Origin: Gammaproteobacteria bacterium
GTDB taxonomy: Bacteria > Pseudomonadota > Gammaproteobacteria > Eutrophobiales > Eutrophobiaceae
DNA: 64,000 nt
Direction: 5' to 3'
NCBI GenBank assembly: GCA_965215365.1
Contig: CBDCDS010000003.1
Location: 896,001-960,000, forward strand
Position numbers and translations under genes: made by a program. Under the pieces are notes generated by a model, which saw only the letters and a program-made list of their open reading frames with translations, had not been told where the DNA came from and did no database searches. Below are positions 20,225 to 28,498 of the stretch, in pieces. Positions within the stretch are counted from its first letter, which is position 1; each line of letters begins with the position of its first letter.

Positions 20225-21475
20225 TTACTTGCTACCATAAACCCTGCGGCTTTCGAACACTTTGGCGGGAAAGCGTTTACCGTTGTGGTGCAGCAGACGC
20301 TTGAGCATGAAATCGAACAGTATCGGGTTGTGCTGGCGCACTTCGTTTAATACCTGCGCGGCGGCTTTGTCCAGCAAGCCCCTGTGTTGCAGTTGTCGCA
20401 GTGAAATCAGCGGGATAACGCCGGGGATGGGATAATCCGAACCGTTTACCAGGCGGTTGTGCCAGGTTTCGGTTGCAAGCAGGGTTTGCAACACCGGCGC
20501 CGTGCGGTTGCGTTGGGTGACGGCCGAGATGTCGCCGAATAACCGGCCTTCGAAGCGCGGGTCGTTCAGCAAGCGTGCAAACAGGCTGAAATTGCTTACC
20601 TCGGGGCCGTTGGGTCCTTGATCGAGATCGTGGCCCTGCCCCAGCGAGGCGCAGTGCGCCACGATGACTTTCACGCCATGCTCTAAGGGCCGCCGCAACA
20701 GCAACGGGTTACCGTACTGCTGGCTGTTGCTGCCGTGCACTGCGTGTTCAGCGCCGCCGTGCGTCAGCAATGGCAGGTGCAGACGGGCCAGCGCGGCATA
20801 AAAATCGTCACAGCGGGCGGCGCCGGGGTTCATGCCCATGGCCGGGGGCAGCCACTTTACCGCCCTGGCGCCGGCGCTGCGGGCCTGCTCTAAGGCCTCG
20901 AGGGCATCCTCGCGATAGGGGTGCACCGAGGCCACCCATTCAAACTGCTGCGGGTAGTCCCGGTGCAGGCGCGCGGCCAGTGCGTTAGGGGTGTGGAACG
21001 CGCTCAGATCCAAGCGCCGCCGGCCGGACTCGTCGTAGCTGTAATCAAAGGCCAGCAGCAGGAACCGACTGGCCGCCGGGAAGCCTTGCCTGAGGGCCAG
21101 CAGGCGGGCCAGAAAACTCTCGTCCGCGTTATCCGCAACGGCGCAGGAGGCGTTCAGGAAAAAACGCGTGCGGGCATATTGCAGGGAATGCCAAAGCGAG
21201 GTCAGCGCCGGGTTGATCCAGGCGCCGCTGCCACTATCGCCCAGGCCCAGCAGATGTACATGTCCATCCCATACCTGCTCCGGGCGCAAGCCGGTAAACG
21301 CCTGTTGTACCAGCTCATGGTCAGCCAGGCGCGGTGGCAAGCGCGCCGGCCGGCAGGGGTTGAACAGGAGCGGGCCTGAGCCACAGGCGGCCAGCCCCAG
21401 ACAGCCCATGAGGGACAGGAAATGACGCCGCGACCCCGGCTTATGCTGAAGCCGCAGGGCGGTCTTGTGCTTCAT
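20225..21475 (-). CDS. Amidohydrolase-family protein, predicted Tat-exported lipoprotein
   Basis: D.HVH, ASVHPY, L.HGG.E, VAHCAS, GSDYP; SRRHFL twin-arginine and LAAC lipobox. Confidence 0.8.
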   Translation of the reverse strand: MKHKTALRLQHKPGSRRHFLSLMGCLGLAACGSGPLLFNPCRPARLPPRLADHELVQQAFTGLRPEQVWDGHVHLLGLGDSGSGAWINPALTSLWHSLQYARTRFFLNASCAVADNADESFLARLLALRQGFPAASRFLLLAFDYSYDESGRRRLDLSAFHTPNALAARLHRDYPQQFEWVASVHPYREDALEALEQARSAGARAVKWLPPAMGMNPGAARCDDFYAALARLHLPLLTHGGAEHAVHGSNSQQYGNPLLLRRPLEHGVKVIVAHCASLGQGHDLDQGPNGPEVSNFSLFARLLNDPRFEGRLFGDISAVTQRNRTAPVLQTLLATETWHNRLVNGSDYPIPGVIPLISLRQLQHRGLLDKAAAQVLNEVRQHNPILFDFMLKRLLHHNGKRFPAKVFESRRVYGSK

Positions 21476-22220
21476 CCTCACTGCGGCGTTTGACAAACCG
21501 GCCCAGCAGCAGACCCAGTTCGAACAGCAACCACACCGGCACTGCCAGCAGCACCTGGGAGATAATGTCCGGCGGGGTCAGCAACATGCCGACGGTAAAC
21601 GCGCCGATGATGATATAGGCCCGTTTCTTAGCCAGTGCTTCCACCGTAGCCAGCCCGGTCCATACGAGCAGGATAATGGCGATGGGCACTTCAAAGGCGA
21701 GGCCGAAGGCAAAGAACATCTTGAGAATAAAGTTCAGGTAATGGCTGATGTCGGTCATTACCGTCACGCCGTCCGGGGCGGTTGAAGTAAGGAAGGCGAA
21801 CAACAGGGGAAACACGACAAAGAACGCGAACGCGCAACCCAGATAGAACAGCAACACGCTGCTGGAGATGAGTGGAAATACCAGCCGCCGTTCATTGTCA
21901 TACAGTCCCGGCGCCACAAAAGCCCAGGCCTGATATAACAGGTACGGCACGGAGATAAACACGGCGACAAAGAAGACCAGTTTGAACGGCGCCAGGAACG
22001 GCGCCGCCACTTCGGTTGCGATCATGCTGCTGTGCTCCGGCAGCTGCGCCAGCAGCGGGCCGGCGATGAGCGAGTAAATATCATTGGCGAACAGGCTGAG
22101 ACCGAGGAACACGACCAACACGCAAGCCAGACAACGCAGCAGCCTGTTACGCAGCTCGGCCAGGTGGGCGATTAAAGGCTGTTCCGTGTCGGTATCAGGA
22201 CCGGCGGCGCTCTCCGTCAT
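21441..22220 (-). CDS. tatC: Twin-arginine translocase TatC
   Basis: PLIAHLAELRNRL, FVAPGLY..E, FG.AFEVP, LTPPDIISQ. Confidence 0.97.
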   Translation of the reverse strand: MTESAAGPDTDTEQPLIAHLAELRNRLLRCLACVLVVFLGLSLFANDIYSLIAGPLLAQLPEHSSMIATEVAAPFLAPFKLVFFVAVFISVPYLLYQAWAFVAPGLYDNERRLVFPLISSSVLLFYLGCAFAFFVVFPLLFAFLTSTAPDGVTVMTDISHYLNFILKMFFAFGLAFEVPIAIILLVWTGLATVEALAKKRAYIIIGAFTVGMLLTPPDIISQVLLAVPVWLLFELGLLLGRFVKRRSEDEAQDRPAASA

Positions 22221-22486
22221 GGGTCCTTGGTGACCTTGGTTTGGTCGTGCTGGTCCGGCGCGATGTCCAGCAGCTTGTCCATTTGTTCCACTTGCTCGGA
22301 AAACTCCCGTACCTCATCCACCCGCAGCTGCTGCTCGAACTCGTACTTGGCTCGCATCACATAACGGCGCAGCCGCGCCGTCCACCTGCCGACATCCCGC
22401 ACCAGTCCCGGCAGCCGTTCCGGGCCGGCGACCAGCAGCGCCACCACGGCTATGACCAGCAGTTCCCAGAAGCCGACATCAAACAT
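22217..22486 (-). CDS. tatB: Twin-arginine translocase TatB
   Basis: MFDVGFWELLVIAVVALLVAGPERLP. Confidence 0.95.
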   Translation of the reverse strand: MFDVGFWELLVIAVVALLVAGPERLPGLVRDVGRWTARLRRYVMRAKYEFEQQLRVDEVREFSEQVEQMDKLLDIAPDQHDQTKVTKDP

Positions 22487-22516
22487 GGGGGCGAACCACC
22501 TGCAAGAGCTGCGGGT

Positions 22517-22832
22517 TAACCCGCATATCTCACCAAGTGATGCGAAGATCGCGCCAGATTTTTTGCGCCTGCGGGTGACTGCGAACGAAAGCATAGTGGT
22601 TCTCTGCTTGAGTGACAAATCGGCAGGACTGCCGATTTGCACGGCGTCAGCCGCCCGTAGGGTTGCGTCCATGGATGGACGCAATGAACAGGTGCCCGCA
22701 GGCGCAAAAAAGACCAGCGAGGGCGCATCAAGCGTAGTGTGTTATGCGGAAAGAGCAACAGTATTATCATAACTTATTGAGAGCCATCATGTTGCCTAAG
22801 GCAATAAGCGACTTGGTGAGATATGCGGGTTA
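22517..22832. mobile_element. MITE family B full copy carrying an internal family C palindromic insert
   Basis: TIR taacccgcatatctcaccaagt ... acttggtgagatatgcgggtta; extra ~70 bp with caaatcggcag/ctgccgatttg and gcgtcca-tgga-tggacgc hairpins. Confidence 0.88.
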
Positions 22833-23054
22833 AGATGCAGCCGGCTTTCCTTGCCGGTCATCTTCCACCTCGCCTTTAATAACCTTGCCGTCTGCCGGGT
22901 CTTTGCCGCCGTCCGGTTCATCATCCTTGATGGCTTTGCGAAAGCCCTTGATGGCATTGCCCAGATCGCCGCCGATACTGCCCAGCTTTTTGGTGCCGAA
23001 CAACAGCGCGACAATCACCATAATGATGCCCAGTTCCCAGATACCAAAACTCAT
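22830..23054 (-). CDS. tatA: Twin-arginine translocase TatA
   Basis: [31 protein letters not shown]. Confidence 0.96.
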   Translation of the reverse strand: MSFGIWELGIIMVIVALLFGTKKLGSIGGDLGNAIKGFRKAIKDDEPDGGKDPADGKVIKGEVEDDRQGKPAAS

Positions 23055-23119
23055 GTTTCATCTCCTGTGGAAAAGTAATTACTTGGATTATGCCACAGCA
23101 CGCGCTAAAAGCGCCTGAC

Positions 23120-23452
23120 TCACGCCGGTTTCTCCTTGTTTGTTGTTCTGCTTGCCTTCTCTTCATGCCCGGAGGTACCGAAGCGACGCTCCAGTTCGGA
23201 CAGGACTTCGGCAGGATGGATATTCAGGTGGGATAACAGCACCAGGCTGTGAAACCATAGATCCGCGGTCTCATGGATGACGCGGTGTGCCTCGCCGCCG
23301 GTCGCCGCTTCGAGCAGTTCCCATGATTCCTCTTCTATTTTTTCCAGGATGCCAGCCCGGCCCCGCGCATGTAAAGAAGCAACGTAAGACTTTGACGGAT
23401 CAGCTTTTTTGCGATCTATCAGCACATCCGTCAATTCATAAATAATGTTCAT
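23120..23452 (-). CDS. hisE: Phosphoribosyl-ATP pyrophosphatase
   Basis: SYVASL, KI.EE..E, HETADLWFH, L.RRFG.SG. Confidence 0.95.
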   Translation of the reverse strand: MNIIYELTDVLIDRKKADPSKSYVASLHARGRAGILEKIEEESWELLEAATGGEAHRVIHETADLWFHSLVLLSHLNIHPAEVLSELERRFGTSGHEEKASRTTNKEKPA

Positions 23453-23565
23453 TGGTGGTTCTCTCCCTTGCTTTTGCTATGCAAGTATTACCGGTCCCGG
23501 CCTTTTTACATCCCCCGACTGACGATATACCGGCGGGGTGTGTAGCGGCTTGATCATGACTGTTT

Positions 23566-23592
23566 GGTAACCTCTGAAAATGCCATCCTGGC
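23566..23592. repeat. Family A left-end remnant
   Basis: ggtaacctctgaaaatgccatcctggc. Confidence 0.55.
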
Positions 23593-23593
23593 G

Positions 23594-23995
23594 CTACCCG
23601 GTGTCCTTTTGGTAGATCTCTGCGGGAGCTTTGAGTACCGGGTCGGCCGCGTCCCAGCCCGAGGCTGTTGCGCGCAGGTAGAAACAACTTTCCCGACCGG
23701 TGTGACAGGCAATGCCCCCCTGCTGCTCAACGCGCAACAACAGCGCATCACGGTCGCAGTCCAGCCGTATCTCCTTGATCGTCTGCACATGGCCTGACTG
23801 CTCGCCCTTGCGCCACAATTTATTTCTTGAGCGGGACCAATATACCGCGCGCCCTTCCGCGCAGGTCAGGCGCAGGGCTTCCCGGTTCATCCAGGCCAGC
23901 ATCAATACCCGCCCGGTGACATGATCCTGGGCAACCGCCGGAGCCAGGCCGTCGGCGTTCCAGCGAACCTGATCGAGCCAGTCTGTATGGTTCAA
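23594..23995 (-). CDS. hisI: Phosphoribosyl-AMP cyclohydrolase
   Basis: YWSRSR..LW.KGE.SGH.Q, DCD.D, ACHTG..SCF. Confidence 0.97.
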   Translation of the reverse strand: MNHTDWLDQVRWNADGLAPAVAQDHVTGRVLMLAWMNREALRLTCAEGRAVYWSRSRNKLWRKGEQSGHVQTIKEIRLDCDRDALLLRVEQQGGIACHTGRESCFYLRATASGWDAADPVLKAPAEIYQKDTG

Positions 23996-24765
23996 TGCCT
24001 CACCTCTATGCCATGTTGCGCCAGCTTGTGTTTGGCCTGGGCTACCGTGTATTCGCCGAAATGGAAAATACTGGCTGCCAGCACCGCATCGGCCTTGCCT
24101 ACGGTAATGCCTTCGACCAGATGGTCGAGCGTGCCGACCCCGCCGGACGCTATTACGGGGATGGCAACAGCCGCGCTTACCGCTCTGGTCAGGGGCAGGT
24201 CGAAGCCGTCCCGGGTGCCGTCCCGGTCCATACTGGTCAGGAGAATCTCACCGGCGCCGTAGCGGGTCATCCGTTGCGCCCAGGCCACGGCGTCGATGTC
24301 GGTTTCCCGGCGCCCGCCATGGGTGAACACGCGCCAGGCCAACGGCACGCCGGGTGCGCGCACCTGTTTGGCGTCTATCGCCACCACAATGCACTGGGAA
24401 CCGAACTCCCGGGTGGCGGCGCGCACAAACTCGGGATGGTTGACCGCGGCGGTGTTGATGCTGATCTTGTCGGCGCCGGCATTCAGCAGCCGCCGGATGT
24501 CATCTAAGCTGCGGATGCCGCCGCCCACGGTCAGCGGTATGAACACCTGGCCGGCCACGGCCTCCACCAGATGCAACATGGTATCCCGCTCCTCAGTGCT
24601 GGCGGTAATGTCGAGGAAGGCCAGTTCGTCGGCCCCCTGTTCGTCGTACCTGCGCGCCACATGCAGCGGGTCGCCGGCGTCCTTGATATCGACGAACCTG
24701 ACCCCCTTGACGACCCGGCCAGCGTCCACGTCCAGGCAAGGGATAATACGTTTGGCCAGACCCAA
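23992..24765 (-). CDS. hisF: Imidazole glycerol phosphate synthase cyclase subunit
   Basis: [32 protein letters not shown]. Confidence 0.98.
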   Translation of the reverse strand: MGLAKRIIPCLDVDAGRVVKGVRFVDIKDAGDPLHVARRYDEQGADELAFLDITASTEERDTMLHLVEAVAGQVFIPLTVGGGIRSLDDIRRLLNAGADKISINTAAVNHPEFVRAATREFGSQCIVVAIDAKQVRAPGVPLAWRVFTHGGRRETDIDAVAWAQRMTRYGAGEILLTSMDRDGTRDGFDLPLTRAVSAAVAIPVIASGGVGTLDHLVEGITVGKADAVLAASIFHFGEYTVAQAKHKLAQHGIEVRH

Positions 24766-25539
24766 TTAACTGCCGTCCCCGGTCACCGGCGCCGATTGTT
24801 CTGTTTGGCAAAGCTCATGCACCAGGTCGAGCGCCTGCTTTAAGTCCAGCGTGCCTTCATAGATGGCGCGTCCGGTGATGGCGCCGGCAATGCCCTCGCT
24901 GGCGACGGAACACAGGGCTTTGATATCCTCCAAGTCCCTGACTCCGCCAGAGGCTATCACCGGTATCGTCACCGCTCCGGCAAGCTGCACGCTGCTCTCT
25001 ATATTGACCCTGCTCAACATGCCGTCGCGACTGATATCGGTGAAAATGATCGCGGACACGCCGTCCTGTTCGAAGCGTTGAGCAATATCGATGACGTCAT
25101 GGTGCGACAATTTCGACCAGCCGTTGGTGGCCAGCTTGCCGTTTTTTGCATCCAGCCCGACGATGACGTGTCCGGGAAACTCCAGACAGATATCAGACAC
25201 GAAGTGCGGCGTAGTCACCGCCCGAGTGCCGATGATGACATAGTTGACCCCCACATCTAGGTAGGTCTGGATGGTGTCTTCATCGCGAATGCCGCCGCCG
25301 GCCTGAATTTCGATGTCGGGGTGTTCCTCGGCAATATCGTGGATGATGTCAGCGTTCACGGGGCGCCCGGACACCGCGCCGTCAAGGTCGATGATGTGCA
25401 ACCGCTGCGCGCCCAGCTCGATCCACTGCGCTGCCATTGCCACCGGGTCGTTGTTGTAAACGGTTTCCTCGCCCAGGTTTCCCTGGCGCAAGCGGACACA
25501 TTTGCCGTTTTTTATATCAATAGCAGGAATCAACAGCAT
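24766..25539 (-). CDS. hisA: ProFAR isomerase
   Basis: [32 protein letters not shown]. Confidence 0.97.
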   Translation of the reverse strand: MLLIPAIDIKNGKCVRLRQGNLGEETVYNNDPVAMAAQWIELGAQRLHIIDLDGAVSGRPVNADIIHDIAEEHPDIEIQAGGGIRDEDTIQTYLDVGVNYVIIGTRAVTTPHFVSDICLEFPGHVIVGLDAKNGKLATNGWSKLSHHDVIDIAQRFEQDGVSAIIFTDISRDGMLSRVNIESSVQLAGAVTIPVIASGGVRDLEDIKALCSVASEGIAGAITGRAIYEGTLDLKQALDLVHELCQTEQSAPVTGDGS

Positions 25540-25560
25540 GTATCACTTCCGTATCTGTAA

Positions 25561-25599
25561 AGGTCACCTCTATCACACGAGGTGACCGTGCAGCACAAG
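25561..25599. repeat. Family A right-end remnant (inverted)
   Basis: aggtcacctctatcacacgaggtgaccgtgcagcacaag approximates the reverse complement of 5566-5606. Confidence 0.7.
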
Positions 25600-25609
25600 A
25601 TAACGTTTG

Positions 25610-28498
25610 TCAATGCGCCACATCCCAGTTGGCACCGCGGCCGATTTCAACAACCAGCGGCACACTGAGTTCGGCGGCGCCGGACATAAGGCGGCTTACC
25701 TCGCGCGCGCAGTCATCGGCCTCGTTTTCCCCCACTTCAAACACCAGTTCATCATGAACCTGCATAATCATCCTGATATTTTTTTCGGAACGCAACAGTT
25801 TTTTATCAATTTCGATCATCGCCCGTTTGATAATGTCCGCCGCGCTGCCCTGCATCGGCGCGTTAATGGCAGTGCGCTCTGCGTACTGGCGCCTGGACGC
25901 GCTGCGCGAGTTGATTTCCGGCAGGTACAAGCGACGCCGGAACAGCGTTTCCACATAACCGGTCTGCCTGGCGCGCAGGCGGGTGCTATCCATATATTCC
26001 TTGACGCCGGGGTAGCGTTCAAAATACGTCTCCACGTAGCGCCGCGCGGCGCGGCGGGTAATGCCTAATTGCCGGGCCAGACCAAACGCCGACATGCCGT
26101 AAATCAGGCCAAAGTTGATGGCCTTGGCGGCCCGGCGCTGTGCTGCGCTGACCTCGGCCAGCCCCACCCCGAACACCTCCGCGGCGGTGGCCCGGTGAAT
26201 ATCGCGGCCGGCCGCAAACGCCGCCAGCAAGGTGGCGTCGCCGGACAAATGCGCCATGATGCGCAGTTCAATCTGGGAATAGTCCGCCGCCAGTAACCGC
26301 TTGCCGGGCGCCGCGACGAAGGCCTGGCGTATCTTCCTGCCGGCCTCGGTGCGGATCGGGATGTTCTGCAAATTGGGGTCTGATGAGGACAACCTGCCGG
26401 TGGCAGCCACGGCCTGGTGATACGAGGTATGCACGCGACCGCTGACCGGGTTGACCTGTTGCGGCAAGCGGTCTGTGTAGGTGGATTTGAGCTTGCTGAC
26501 TTCGCGGTGGCTGAGGATCAGCGCCGGCAACGGGTGACCGTCTGCAGCCAGTTCCTGCAGCACGGCTTCAGCGGTAGAGGGTTCGCCCGTAGGCGTGGTG
26601 GCGCTGACCGGCAAACCCATCTTGTCGAACAGAATTTCCCGTATCTGCTTGGGTGAACCGATATTGAATTCCTGTTTTGCCTGCTGGTACGCCTGTTGTT
26701 CTATGGCCTGCGCCTGTTGCGCCAGTTCTGCGCCTTGGTGCGCCAACATATCAGTATCGATCATGACGCCGTTGCGCTCCATGCGCGCAAGCACTCGAGA
26801 GAGGGGTATTTCCACGCGCGTATACAGTTCACGCAGGCCCGGCTCCCCGCCTAGTTGCGGCCATAACGTGCGATGCAGGCGCAAGGTAATGTCTGCGTCC
26901 GCTGCCGCATAAGCAGCGGCTTGCTCAACAGGAACCCGGTTAAACGGAATCTGTTTGGCCCCCTTGCCGGCCACATCTTCATAGCGGGTGACGGATTTAT
27001 CCAGGTACTTCTGCGCCAGACTGCCCATATCATGGCGCGTGGCCACACTGTCCAGCACGTAGGATTGCAACATGGTGTCGTGGGCCGCGCCATTTAATTC
27101 AATGCCGTAGCCGATAAGTACATTGCGGTCGAACTTCAGGTTCTGCCCGACCGTGAGCGGCCGCGGCGCCTCCAGCAGTGGACGTAATTTTTCCAGCGCC
27201 TTGCGGCGCGAAATCTGCTTCGGCGCGCCGGCGTAATCATGCGCTAAGGGTACGTAAGCCGCGGCGCCGGGGTGCACGGAAAAAGACACCCCCACCAGTT
27301 CCGCGCGCAGGTAATCCAGATCGGTGGTTTCCGTATCGAATGCGAACACCTCGGCCGCGGCCAGTTTGTCAATCCAGCGCTCTAATTGCTCCACGGTCAG
27401 GACGGTTTCATATTTTTCTGTCGTTGGAGTTGCGGCTACTGCCGGCATCATGGCGCCGGCCGGCTCACCAAACAGGTCTTCGCCGTCGCGACGCATTGTT
27501 TCAGCCAGCGTCTCCTCCTCGGCCTGCTCGTGGCTATACTCAGCGGACGACCCTGGCACGGATGCGAGCGCGGGCTGCGGCTGGTCCTGTGGTTTGGGGC
27601 GCTGCGGCGCGACCGCAGTCGCGCCGGACTCGGCCTGACCAGTGCTGTTGAGTTCCGGTAACCAGCTGCGAAAGCCCCAGCGCCGGTAATGTTCCCGCAG
27701 CGCCGTCTGGTCCTGAGCGGCGATCACCAGTTGTTGCGGTTGCACCGGCAGGTCCAGGTTGTCTCTGAGGGTTACCAGATCCTTGCTCATGGGAATCTGC
27801 TGCAGGTGCGCGCGCAGGTATTCCCCGACCTTACCGGGAAAGCTGTCCGCATTGGCGACGATGGTAGCTAAGCTGCCATGCTGCGTGAGCCACTTGACCG
27901 CAGTCTTGGGCCCGACCTTGGGAATCCCCGGCACGTTGTCCGAGGTATCACCGATCAAGGTCAGGTAATCGACGATGCGCTCCGGCGGCACCCCGTATTT
28001 TTCGATGACCCCGGCGCGATCAAAGCGGGTATTGTTCATGGTATTGATCAAGTGGATATCGTCATTGACGATCTGCGCCAAGTCCTTATCGCCAGTGGAC
28101 ACCAGGGTTCTCAGCCCGGCCTGCTGCGCGCGCGCGGCCAGAGTGGCGATAACGTCGTCGGCTTCCACCTCATCAATCAGCAATAACGGCACCCCCAACG
28201 CCCGGATGATCTCATGCAAAGGCCGGATCTGTGCCACTAAGTCCGGCGGCGCCGGCGGCCGGTTGGCCTTGTACTCGGGATAAATGTCGTTACGAAAACT
28301 CTTGCCCTTGGCATCGAACACCACCGCAAAATAATCCGGCCGCTCGGCCTTGAGCAACTTGCGCAACATGTTCACCACCCCGAAAATAGCCCCGGTCGGC
28401 TCCTTGTCCGCATTCGTGAGGCCCGGCATGGCGTGGTAGGCTCGGAACAGGTAATAAGAACCGTCTACTAAGGTGAGGAGTTTTTTGGGGGTGGTCAT
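25610..28498 (-). CDS. polA: DNA polymerase I
   Basis: 5'-3' exonuclease (LVDGS..LFRAYH), 3'-5' exo (FDTETT), polymerase (DYSQIELR, AKAINFGLIYG, QVHDEL). Confidence 0.99.
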   Translation of the reverse strand: MTTPKKLLTLVDGSYYLFRAYHAMPGLTNADKEPTGAIFGVVNMLRKLLKAERPDYFAVVFDAKGKSFRNDIYPEYKANRPPAPPDLVAQIRPLHEIIRALGVPLLLIDEVEADDVIATLAARAQQAGLRTLVSTGDKDLAQIVNDDIHLINTMNNTRFDRAGVIEKYGVPPERIVDYLTLIGDTSDNVPGIPKVGPKTAVKWLTQHGSLATIVANADSFPGKVGEYLRAHLQQIPMSKDLVTLRDNLDLPVQPQQLVIAAQDQTALREHYRRWGFRSWLPELNSTGQAESGATAVAPQRPKPQDQPQPALASVPGSSAEYSHEQAEEETLAETMRRDGEDLFGEPAGAMMPAVAATPTTEKYETVLTVEQLERWIDKLAAAEVFAFDTETTDLDYLRAELVGVSFSVHPGAAAYVPLAHDYAGAPKQISRRKALEKLRPLLEAPRPLTVGQNLKFDRNVLIGYGIELNGAAHDTMLQSYVLDSVATRHDMGSLAQKYLDKSVTRYEDVAGKGAKQIPFNRVPVEQAAAYAAADADITLRLHRTLWPQLGGEPGLRELYTRVEIPLSRVLARMERNGVMIDTDMLAHQGAELAQQAQAIEQQAYQQAKQEFNIGSPKQIREILFDKMGLPVSATTPTGEPSTAEAVLQELAADGHPLPALILSHREVSKLKSTYTDRLPQQVNPVSGRVHTSYHQAVAATGRLSSSDPNLQNIPIRTEAGRKIRQAFVAAPGKRLLAADYSQIELRIMAHLSGDATLLAAFAAGRDIHRATAAEVFGVGLAEVSAAQRRAAKAINFGLIYGMSAFGLARQLGITRRAARRYVETYFERYPGVKEYMDSTRLRARQTGYVETLFRRRLYLPEINSRSASRRQYAERTAINAPMQGSAADIIKRAMIEIDKKLLRSEKNIRMIMQVHDELVFEVGENEADDCAREVSRLMSGAAELSVPLVVEIGRGANWDVAH
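28193..28498 (-). repeat. 306-bp direct repeat copy 1 (polA codons 1-102)
   Basis: Identical by eye to 34464-34769 (offset 6271). Confidence 0.95.

Noticed and set aside
23453-23510. Sigma-54 promoter upstream of hisE (TTGCA present)
   Set aside because: GG-to-GC spacing does not fit the required -24/-12 geometry
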